Below, one piece after another: positions 1 through 7,697 of a stretch of DNA of 39,895 bases. Source of the stretch: an uncultured Hellea sp. (GTDB lineage: Bacteria; Pseudomonadota; Alphaproteobacteria; Caulobacterales; Maricaulaceae); the NCBI GenBank assembly GCA_964418815.1, contig CAYQNQ010000003.1, forward strand, positions 5,528-45,422. The letters are read 5' to 3'. The position numbers and the translations under genes are program-made. Below the pieces are notes generated by a model. That model saw only the letters and a program-made list of their open reading frames with translations. It did not search any database and was not told the origin of the DNA. Position 1 is the stretch's first letter; every line of letters starts with the position of its first letter.

Positions 1-2
1 CC

Positions 3-209
3 CAAATCGGAAAACGCAATAAAGACTGGGGACCGGGCGTTCTGTTTCAGAAAGCCTACGCCGCCGGCGCGCAGCTCGCCGCGCGGACATCGAATAATCT
101 GAATGTGGAATTTTTGAACGGCATGGAAGCCGCGCGGGATATTTGGATTGAAACGCTTGATAACAAAGTCTCGCCCAAGCGCGGGATCATGGTTTCGTTA
201 AAAAAATAG
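3..209 (+). CDS. 3' end of a CDS that starts upstream of the window (68 codons + TAG); product not recognisable
   Basis: Frame 3 is open from the window edge to TAG at 207-209 (...NKVSPKRGIMVSLKK*). The SD of the next gene (AGGGGA) follows. I recognise no diagnostic family motif. Confidence 0.4.
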   Translation, partial: QIGKRNKDWGPGVLFQKAYAAGAQLAARTSNNLNVEFLNGMEAARDIWIETLDNKVSPKRGIMVSLKK

Positions 210-222
210 AATAGGGGATATT

Positions 223-834
223 ATGCTCAAACTTCACTTCGCGCCCAATTCACGGGCCGGACGTATTGTCTGGCTGCTCGAAGAATTGGGCCTGCCTTAC
301 GATATCAACAAAATGTCGTTCCACCCCAAGGATTTGAAATCCGATGAACACCGCGCCCGTCACCCGCTAGGCCGCATTCCGGTGCTGGATGATGGTGATG
401 TATCGATTTATGAAAGCGGTGCTATTGTCGAATATATTCTGGAGCGTCATAAAAACGGCGGTCTCAAGCCAGCAGTCGAAGATGCCATGTGGCCCTATTA
501 CCAGCAGTGGTATCACTATTGCGAAGGCATGGTTATGCCGCCCATGAATACAATCGTCGTTCATACGCTATTATTGCCGCCTGACCGCCGCGATGAAGTG
601 GTTCTCGGGCAGGCGCAGCGCCTCTTGAATAAAGCCTTGAAACCGATTGAAAGTTGGATGGATGGCAAAGACTATCTGATTGGTGATTTCTCGGCTGCTG
701 ATATTATGCTTGGCCATTCCATATTTATGTCAGGCCGCATGGGCTGCGTCACAGACGAGATGCCGAACCTGAAGGCCTATATTGAACGGATTGAATCCCG
801 CCCGGCCTTCAAGACCGCAATCACTATGGCTTAA
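223..834 (+). CDS. Glutathione S-transferase family protein
   Basis: 203 aa. The N-terminus looks like the thioredoxin-like GST fold (RAGRIVWLLEELGLPY ... HPLGRIPVLDDGDVSIYESGAIVEYILERH, i.e. cis-Pro plus ES motif). An alpha-helical C-terminal half follows. SD AGGGGA lies upstream of the ATG. Confidence 0.85.
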   Translation: MLKLHFAPNSRAGRIVWLLEELGLPYDINKMSFHPKDLKSDEHRARHPLGRIPVLDDGDVSIYESGAIVEYILERHKNGGLKPAVEDAMWPYYQQWYHYCEGMVMPPMNTIVVHTLLLPPDRRDEVVLGQAQRLLNKALKPIESWMDGKDYLIGDFSAADIMLGHSIFMSGRMGCVTDEMPNLKAYIERIESRPAFKTAITMA

Positions 835-867
835 GCCGCAATTCAGTTCTCTACCTTTCAGCAATTA

Positions 868-890
868 TATTGACATTATCGGTGTCAATA
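868..890. promoter_or_regulatory. Perfect 8-bp inverted repeat TATTGACA-N7-TGTCAATA (candidate operator overlapping a TTGACA -35-like hexamer) upstream of the desaturase gene
   Basis: Read directly: 868-875 TATTGACA, spacer ttatcgg, 883-890 TGTCAATA. The site is 44 nt upstream of the GTG start at 934. Confidence 0.4.
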
Positions 891-933
891 CATAGATTGT
901 CCCAACACATAAATGTTGAGGGAGTAGGCGGCT

Positions 934-1872
934 GTGAACTCCACTGTTACCGAAAACACCGATGATTTGGAGCTTTTCAAAAAGCTGATGCAAAGACCTA
1001 AATTTGCTTGGCCGACAATCTTGCTTTTGGTGGGGGCTATAGCGATCTTCGGCCTGTCAACTTATGCCTGTATTGCGGGAACTTTGCCGCTCGGTTGGGC
1101 GATGCTTCTGAATGCGATTGCGTCTTATATGGCCTTTCCAGTTGCGCATGACGCGACCCATAGCGCGGTGTGTTCAAACCGAAAGCTAAACGATTGGGCA
1201 GGGCGCATTTCAATGTTACTGCTAGAGCCGGGCCCGTTTTTCCCCGTATTCCGATTTATTCATATGCAGCATCACAGATTCACCAACGATCCGGTCAAAG
1301 ACCCGGACGTCTATTCCGGCATGGGGCCAAAATGGCTGTTGCCGTTCAGATGGCTGACACTCGATTTTATTTATTTCAAAAATTATCTGTCGCCCGATGT
1401 CTTTAAGAAAAGACCCAAGAAGGAACGGTATGAATTCTATTTCGCCGTTGTTTTTGTTGTGGCGGTGGTTACCGCAATGACCATGGCCGGTTGGTTGCTC
1501 TATTACCTGTTGCTGTTCTTTATCCCGACGCGCATCTCAAAGTTTTTCATTATTATCGCCTTTGATTTTTTGCCTCACTATCCGCATGACGCGTATGCCA
1601 AAGAAGAGCCTTATCGATCTACATCGAACCGCGTCGGTATGGAATGGTTATTAACGCCCTTATTCCTGTACCAGAATTATCATCTCGTTCATCACCTCTA
1701 TCCGGCCATACCGTTTTATCGTTATCTCAAGATATGGAACGTGAGAAAACAATATCACGAGGCCCAAAATCCGGCGACGACCACCGTTTTCTCACTCACG
1801 CCAAAAAATAAAAAAGGCCCGCTAAAAGCGGGCCAGTTAATTTCCGGGGAACCAATCCCGGGGAAGGAATAA
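934..1872 (+). CDS. Membrane fatty acid desaturase family protein (di-iron, three His boxes)
   Basis: 312 aa with a GTG start. His boxes are HDATH, HMQHH(RF) and HLVHH, with hydrophobic TM segments between them. This is the classic membrane desaturase/hydroxylase/ketolase layout. Substrate cannot be assigned by eye. Confidence 0.8.
   Translation: MNSTVTENTDDLELFKKLMQRPKFAWPTILLLVGAIAIFGLSTYACIAGTLPLGWAMLLNAIASYMAFPVAHDATHSAVCSNRKLNDWAGRISMLLLEPGPFFPVFRFIHMQHHRFTNDPVKDPDVYSGMGPKWLLPFRWLTLDFIYFKNYLSPDVFKKRPKKERYEFYFAVVFVVAVVTAMTMAGWLLYYLLLFFIPTRISKFFIIIAFDFLPHYPHDAYAKEEPYRSTSNRVGMEWLLTPLFLYQNYHLVHHLYPAIPFYRYLKIWNVRKQYHEAQNPATTTVFSLTPKNKKGPLKAGQLISGEPIPGKE
1802..1834 (-). terminator. Rho-independent terminator for the minus-strand TonB-dependent receptor, embedded in the 3' coding end of the desaturase ORF
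   Basis: GGCCCGC (1816-1822), loop taaaa, GCGGGCC (1828-1834). On the minus strand the hairpin is followed by TTTTTTATTTTTT (plus-strand A-run 1803-1815). Confidence 0.6.
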
Positions 1873-4326
1873 TTAATCCCAGTTAAGCCGTAACGTCGCT
1901 CCATATGTGCGCGGCGGTTCGAGGAAAGCCGCGAAGGAACCGCGCTGCAACGGGGAGTCAAATGCAATGTTAATAACCTCTTTGTCGGTGGCATTTTTAA
2001 CCCATAGATCCAGCGCCCAAGGCCCTTCATTTCTGAATAGGCTGATTGACCCGTCCAGCATCAGGAAGTCCTCCTGAACCGAGGTGATGTCGTTATCTTG
2101 AGCTGTCGTGTAGTCGGTTCGATACCGATAACCAACCCTGGCACCAAGGCCGAGTTTGTCGCTCAAGCTCTGAGTATAATTAGCAGAACCAGTGAGAACC
2201 ATATCGGAAACAAAGTTAGGTTTTTCACCTGTCAAATCCTGAATGGTTTGACCGGCATTGATTTGATCGGTTGTTGGTCCTGCGCTGTCGAAACTGATAT
2301 ATTCAACATCTTGGAACGTTGCCGCGCCCGTAAGCGTAAAGCTCTCTGATAACCTAGCCGTATAATCGACTTCCACACCCCGTGACCGAACTTCCCCGGC
2401 ATTTCGAACGGTGAAAACAGTTCCGTTAAAAGAATTGGCCTGAAAATTCTCCAGATTTTGTGTAAACACGGTCGCATCCAGTTTTAGGCGATTGTCAAAC
2501 AACCTTGATTTAAATCCGAATTCGTAAGCATCAACTTCTTCTGGCTGAAATGTTACGGCGTTCTGCAGAGACTGAAGCGGTGTTAAACTTGGATCCGTTG
2601 CAAGCAGAGCGGTAAAGTCTCGTGTTCTATCAGAAGCTGCCGGGCCAGTATTCGGACCATTACGCGTGAGGTTGAGGCCGCCGGATTTATACCCTTGTGC
2701 GAAGCGCGCATAAACATTGAGATTATCGTTAACTTCATATGCTGCACTTAGAGCTATGGAAAAATTGTCATCGTCAAAACCTGCGGTAAATGGGTCAACA
2801 GGGATTGCCAGCTGCAATAGACTGCCTAAAGGCGCTAGAGCCGGATTTATAGCTGTTATATCTATAGTTGAGAATGGGTCTGACGACGTAATATTATAAT
2901 CCGCCGACTTGGATTCATCAGTGTACCGAACGCCTGCCGTTAAATCGAGCTTGTCCGTAGCGTGCCATGTGACATTCCCAAAAATGGCCGCACTTTCAGA
3001 GTCATATGGTATGAATTCGGTTGACGCGACGGCTGGGAAAAATGTCGATGGGTCATTCCCACTAAGTATCCCGATCAAATTTATTAGACCGGGAAGGGGT
3101 ATTATTGCGTCTAAATATGCGCGCGCGTCTCCGCCAAATCCAAGACTGCTTTGGGCATCAATATGCTGGTCAAAATAATATCCGCCGACGAGCCAGTTGA
3201 TATCCCCATTCCCGTTAGACGCTAACCGGAGCTCCAGTGACTTTTCGTCAATATCCTGGCCGGTTGTTACGGCCGTGAACATATCCAGTGATGTCTGGTC
3301 TCCGTCAACTTGCGGCAGACTTTCAAATAGTCGGTATGAACCTATCGCCGTCGCCGTCAATTTACCGAGATCCCATTCTAATTCTGCAGAAATACCGCTA
3401 TCGTCAAATGGATCTGTCAAAGGTTGTTCCGCATTCCCGAAAAATGCCCGCTCTCCGAGATCGGCAATGCCGCCGTCATATGGACCTATAGACCCTGGAG
3501 TTGTCGATACAAATTGTCCGCCTAGACCTTCTATAGCCGCTGCTGTTGGGCCCAGCAACAAGGTGGATGGCGTGCAACAAATCTCGTCAGCTTCTGCGTG
3601 ATCTCCGATAATTCGGAGTGAAACATCTTCGGAAGGCTCCCACAAAAGCTGCCCGCGGATGGACCAGCGATCCCGGTCATTAGAATCGGCCAATCCCGGT
3701 GTTAGGTTTTCCATATATCCATCGCGTTTGTGAATGGAGCCGGCAATACTGGCTGCCAATGTTTCGCTTAACGGACCGCTAATCGAAGCGCGGACTTGTC
3801 TCATGTCGTAATTACCATATGTCAGATCCGCTTTAATACGGCGATCAAATGATGGCTTGGCCGTGCGGACATTTATAACACCGGCAGATGTGTTCTTTCC
3901 AAATATGGTGCCCTGTGGTCCGCGCAAGACCTCGATTTGCTCAATATCAACATAGTCGCCCAATGCCGCGCCCGGCCGCCCGCGGGCGACGCCGTCGATA
4001 ACGACACCAACGGACTGCTCTAGTCCTGTATTTTGTCCTGCAGTACCGATACCCCGAATGGCGAAGACAGTCTGCAATCCGCCCGTTGATTGATTAAAGG
4101 TGAGGGTCGGGGCAACACTTTGAAGATCCGAAACATCTTTGATTTTTGCGGCATCAAGTTGTTCTGCGGTCACCGCCGTAACAGCAATCGGAACATCAAA
4201 AACAGTTTCCGGACGCTTGGTAGCCGTGACAATAATTTCGCCATCATCTTGTTGAGCGTGCGCTGGCATGATCATTAGCGCCGACAAAGCAGCGATTGTC
4301 AGCAATAAAGGCATTCGTGAAGCCAT
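1873..4326 (-). CDS. TonB-dependent receptor (outer membrane)
   Basis: 817 aa. Signal peptide ends ...MPAHA/QQ, followed by the TonB-box/plug start EIIVTATKR. Plug motifs IEVLRGPQGTIFGKNTSAGVINV are present, then a long beta-barrel with alternating aromatic/Gly pattern. Confidence 0.9.
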   Translation of the reverse strand: MASRMPLLLTIAALSALMIMPAHAQQDDGEIIVTATKRPETVFDVPIAVTAVTAEQLDAAKIKDVSDLQSVAPTLTFNQSTGGLQTVFAIRGIGTAGQNTGLEQSVGVVIDGVARGRPGAALGDYVDIEQIEVLRGPQGTIFGKNTSAGVINVRTAKPSFDRRIKADLTYGNYDMRQVRASISGPLSETLAASIAGSIHKRDGYMENLTPGLADSNDRDRWSIRGQLLWEPSEDVSLRIIGDHAEADEICCTPSTLLLGPTAAAIEGLGGQFVSTTPGSIGPYDGGIADLGERAFFGNAEQPLTDPFDDSGISAELEWDLGKLTATAIGSYRLFESLPQVDGDQTSLDMFTAVTTGQDIDEKSLELRLASNGNGDINWLVGGYYFDQHIDAQSSLGFGGDARAYLDAIIPLPGLINLIGILSGNDPSTFFPAVASTEFIPYDSESAAIFGNVTWHATDKLDLTAGVRYTDESKSADYNITSSDPFSTIDITAINPALAPLGSLLQLAIPVDPFTAGFDDDNFSIALSAAYEVNDNLNVYARFAQGYKSGGLNLTRNGPNTGPAASDRTRDFTALLATDPSLTPLQSLQNAVTFQPEEVDAYEFGFKSRLFDNRLKLDATVFTQNLENFQANSFNGTVFTVRNAGEVRSRGVEVDYTARLSESFTLTGAATFQDVEYISFDSAGPTTDQINAGQTIQDLTGEKPNFVSDMVLTGSANYTQSLSDKLGLGARVGYRYRTDYTTAQDNDITSVQEDFLMLDGSISLFRNEGPWALDLWVKNATDKEVINIAFDSPLQRGSFAAFLEPPRTYGATLRLNWD

Positions 4327-4364
4327 AATCTAATCCCCTGGAGTTTTTCGTTTTGTCAATCATA

Positions 4365-4381
4365 TGGCATTATTAGTGCCA
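4365..4381 (-). promoter_or_regulatory. Palindromic sigma-54-like -24/-12 element (minus strand TGGCAC-TAATA-ATGC) about 40-55 nt upstream of the TBDR start; could alternatively be a repressor operator
   Basis: The minus strand reads TTGGCACTAATAATGCCAT, with GG-N10-GC spacing satisfied. The plus strand reads TGGCATTATTAGTGCC with the same spacing. No enhancer-binding protein gene is in the window. Confidence 0.3.
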
Positions 4382-4680
4382 ATACAATAATTAATTGGCA
4401 TTTTGTGTGTCAAAATAAAGTAAGCTGACCCTTAAGGGCAATAATTTGGAATTTCCCTGTAAATTCCTGGATTCTAAAGAGTTGTGATGTGAGACTGGTT
4501 AGAATGAGGTTGACTACACCACCATCCTGTACCTTCAATGCACACTCTGACCGGCCGGCCACCCTGTCGCTCGTGAAGAATGTCAGGCATTGGCCAAGCA
4601 TTAGCGGGTCCGTCCACTTGAGCAGGCTTTTCTATAATAACCATTGAATGCCCTTTTTTATAAACACTTAGACCCAATAG

Positions 4681-4710
4681 TGCGTAGCAAAAATGCAACA
4701 TTTCTACGCA
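4681..4710. promoter_or_regulatory. 7-N16-7 inverted repeat TGCGTAG-N16-CTACGCA (candidate operator, copy A) upstream of the plus-strand TBDR
   Basis: Read directly: TGCGTAG at 4681-4687 and CTACGCA at 4704-4710. A near-identical site with the same 16-nt spacer lies at 10160-10189. Confidence 0.45.
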
Positions 4711-4739
4711 AAATGGCCAAAATCCACCGCAAAATGGCC
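4707..4739. repeat. Two perfect copies of CGCAAAATGGCC spaced 21 bp start-to-start, overlapping the right arm of the 4681-4710 palindrome
   Basis: Read directly: 4707-4718 and 4728-4739 are identical 12-mers. The related 9-mer CAAAATGGC recurs at about 7648-7656. Confidence 0.35.
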
Positions 4740-4850
4740 TAAACGCGCAGTTTTCATCCCTGTCTATTGCGAATGCGCATTGCACGGGGCTCTAAAATTT
4801 CGTAGTTTTTTGCCAAGTCCGGAAATCCGGAACAATAAGGGGAGAAACTT

Positions 4851-7634
4851 ATGAACCGTTATATTTATAAATCGGGGATGGCCGCGCTTGTTGCAACGAG
4901 CTGCCTGACCATTTTCAGCTTGCCGGCCTATGCGCAGATTGATGAGATCGTCGTTACTGCCCAAAAGAAAGAAGAAAGCCTGCAGGATGTACCAATTGCA
5001 ATTGCAGCTCTAAATTTGGAGAGTCTCGAAGCCGCACGCGTTGAGGGTCTTGAGGAACTCGCCTCTGCAATCCCGGGTGTTTATGTCACTCAAAACCCCG
5101 CTGATGCGAACGGTGTTCGCGTCAATATTCGTGGAATTGGTACGCTTGACCCTCAATTGGGACAAGATAGCCGGATCGCGATCTATCAGGACGGTGTTTA
5201 TTTGGGACGGACACAGGGGCTTGCGGTTGACCTGCCGGATCTACAGCGCGTGGAGGTCCTGAAAGGCCCTCAAGGCACGTTATATGGTCGTAACTCGGTC
5301 GGAGGGGCTATCAATCTGATTTCAGCCGGGCCTGACTATGGCGAAACATCAGGGAAGATAAATGCAGAATTAGGCAATTTTAATCACCTGAAAATGGCGG
5401 CGGGGCTTAATCTTCCCGTGGGTGACAACGTTGCTCTGCGGGTTTCGGGTCTTGTTCTGGATCGGGATGGATGGGTGGAAAACCTGGGTCCGGGTTCTGA
5501 TTTTGCAGGCGAATCCAAATGGGGTATCCGAGGCGTTCTGGGAATTAACCTCAATGAGTCCATGGAAATCCAAATTGCCGGCGATACAAACATTACCCGA
5601 AAAGAACCCAGGTTTTATCAATCTGTTACAGATTTCGGGTCCGGGTTTTTAGCGCCCGCTATTGCCACTTTTGACGGTCGGCAGGATGAAGTGACAACCA
5701 CATTTGCACCTGAAAAAGGCCGGGCGGAGTCCAGAGGTGTTTCCGCGACCCTTAATTATGATGTTAATGAAAATCATGATGTTAAATTTACGGCGGCCTA
5801 CCGCGAAGCCGACAGTCGGCGTTTTACAACGCTTATTCCAACCGCAAATCCGCAAGTTCTGGATGCCATAGCCGGCGGCTTTAATACGGCGCTGGGATTG
5901 ATTCCGGGTGCCTTTCAAACAGGGAATAATCTATTCGCTGACCCGGCCAGCGGGTTTTTTGACCCAAATTTTCCGGGGTTAACTCCAAGGCCGGAATTTG
6001 GCCCTCAATTTGACGGCTCCACGCCGCAACGCGGATTGTTTTTATCTGATCCCGGCGGGGCATTCACCTTGCGGGATCACGAGCAGTTCAGCGCCGAGCT
6101 CACTTATAACGGTAGTTTGGGTGAAGGTAAGTTTGATTACACGCTGGGTGCATTTTATTTCAATGAAGATACAGGGACCGGCCCGACATTTCCGGCCTCT
6201 GGGAATACCAACGAATTTTTATTCGCATTGAATGCGTTTTCTTACAACCCAAGTGTTGAATGGCAACGTGACGTCCAGAATGCGCTATTCCCATTCCGGA
6301 ATTTCCTTCCCGAGCCTAATCGGTCTCTCTTGTCTGATGTGCATGCCGACGGAACGCCCAATCTAACTACTGGCGTTTCGCCGCTTGAGGCCGCTCTGAT
6401 TTTTGATGGGTTTGCGAATGCGGGTTTTGCACAGCTTGTGGCGAATCCACTCCGCAATCTCTTATATGGCGATCCAGCGAACCCGACAAATGAAGGCCAA
6501 TGTTTTGCTGAGCAGGCTATGGTTTCGGGGATGGGTGTGGGTCCAGACGGTGTCGCCGGGACGGCAGATGACATTACCCTAATCGGCAATGACGTTTCAT
6601 CTTCGCTCTTTTGCGAATATTCTGCGCTTAGAAACTCCACAGGCGCGGAACTATTCATTCAGACCGATGCGGCTGCGGCCTATGGGCAGTTGACTTGGAA
6701 CTTGACGGATAGACTGCGGATTACCGGCGGCCTGAGATTTTCTCATGAAAGCCGCGATGGGCAACATCAACCCAAGTCTTTATTCTTTGGCGACGCCCTG
6801 AATTCTTTCGGGAATCCAATACCGGGGAATAATGCGTCCGTTACCGACAGTATTCTAGATCCGGCTCTAATCGTTGAATATGATGTCGATGATGATATTC
6901 TGGTTTATGCGTCCTACAAACAGGCTTACCGCGCTGGTGGTTTTAATGCTTCTGCTGTAGCCAATCCATTGCCGGGCGAAACGGTGGCGAATGACTTCCT
7001 GTTTGGGCGAGAAGATATCACAGCCTATGAAGCCGGTATGAAAGGCCGCTTTGGCGATGATTTCCAGCTTAACGTCGCAGGCTATTTCTATGACTTTAAT
7101 AACAAACAGGCGACAGCGGGGGATCCACGCTCTTCAGTTATTCGAACAGTCGTCAATACAGATGAAGAAGTGTGGGGCATTGATGTCGATGCCGTTTATG
7201 CGCTCACCGATGAGATAACTCTGAATGCCGGATATTCCTGGATCGATGGTGATGCCGGGGATGTCTTGAACCCCTTTACGGGCATCTTAGATGTTAGAGA
7301 CGAGATTCAAGGCGCGCCGGAACATTCATATTTGGTTTCTGCGTCATATAACGGTGATTGGGGCGACAATCGCGTCTTTGCTAACCTTGCGTATTCATTC
7401 AAAGATGAAATCCTGGCGATCCCGCAGGGACGGGTAAAACTCGAACCCTTTGGAATAACAACGGGCCGAATTGGAATGGAGATTTCCGAGGACATCACAG
7501 TGGCATTTTGGGGAACAAATCTGCTGGATGAGAAATATATCATCGAAGCCTTGAATTTTGAAACTTTTGCCTATCGGACAGAAGTCTCTGGCCAGCCGCG
7601 TTCGTTCGGGGTGAGCGTTGGCCACAAATTTTAG
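4851..7634 (+). CDS. TonB-dependent receptor (outer membrane)
   Basis: 927 aa. Signal peptide ends ...LPAYA/Q, followed by TonB box DEIVVTAQKK. Plug motifs VEVLKGPQGTLYGRNSVGGAINL are present. The C-terminal barrel ends in ...VSVGHKF (terminal aromatic). SD GGGGAG precedes the ATG. Confidence 0.9.
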   Translation: MNRYIYKSGMAALVATSCLTIFSLPAYAQIDEIVVTAQKKEESLQDVPIAIAALNLESLEAARVEGLEELASAIPGVYVTQNPADANGVRVNIRGIGTLDPQLGQDSRIAIYQDGVYLGRTQGLAVDLPDLQRVEVLKGPQGTLYGRNSVGGAINLISAGPDYGETSGKINAELGNFNHLKMAAGLNLPVGDNVALRVSGLVLDRDGWVENLGPGSDFAGESKWGIRGVLGINLNESMEIQIAGDTNITRKEPRFYQSVTDFGSGFLAPAIATFDGRQDEVTTTFAPEKGRAESRGVSATLNYDVNENHDVKFTAAYREADSRRFTTLIPTANPQVLDAIAGGFNTALGLIPGAFQTGNNLFADPASGFFDPNFPGLTPRPEFGPQFDGSTPQRGLFLSDPGGAFTLRDHEQFSAELTYNGSLGEGKFDYTLGAFYFNEDTGTGPTFPASGNTNEFLFALNAFSYNPSVEWQRDVQNALFPFRNFLPEPNRSLLSDVHADGTPNLTTGVSPLEAALIFDGFANAGFAQLVANPLRNLLYGDPANPTNEGQCFAEQAMVSGMGVGPDGVAGTADDITLIGNDVSSSLFCEYSALRNSTGAELFIQTDAAAAYGQLTWNLTDRLRITGGLRFSHESRDGQHQPKSLFFGDALNSFGNPIPGNNASVTDSILDPALIVEYDVDDDILVYASYKQAYRAGGFNASAVANPLPGETVANDFLFGREDITAYEAGMKGRFGDDFQLNVAGYFYDFNNKQATAGDPRSSVIRTVVNTDEEVWGIDVDAVYALTDEITLNAGYSWIDGDAGDVLNPFTGILDVRDEIQGAPEHSYLVSASYNGDWGDNRVFANLAYSFKDEILAIPQGRVKLEPFGITTGRIGMEISEDITVAFWGTNLLDEKYIIEALNFETFAYRTEVSGQPRSFGVSVGHKF

Positions 7635-7653
7635 ACCATAGAAATTTCAAAAT

Positions 7654-7686
7654 GGCTGTCCCGATTTTCGGTGGCAGCCTTTTTTG
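7654..7686 (+). terminator. Rho-independent terminator after the second TBDR
   Basis: GGCTGTC...GGCAGCC hairpin (7654-7679, one G-U pair) followed by TTTTTTGTT (7680-7688). Confidence 0.7.
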
Positions 7687-7697
7687 TTGGGGAATAG

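Noticed and set aside
4410-4785. 63-aa and 103-aa minus-strand ORFs in the 524-bp gap between the divergent TBDR genes, including a possible 56-aa product from the ATG at 4644
   Set aside because: They have no recognisable motif, are Cys/Trp/His-rich with odd composition, and span the palindrome and direct-repeat regulatory motifs. I treat this as non-coding control DNA. A small protein or gene remnant cannot be fully excluded without conservation data.
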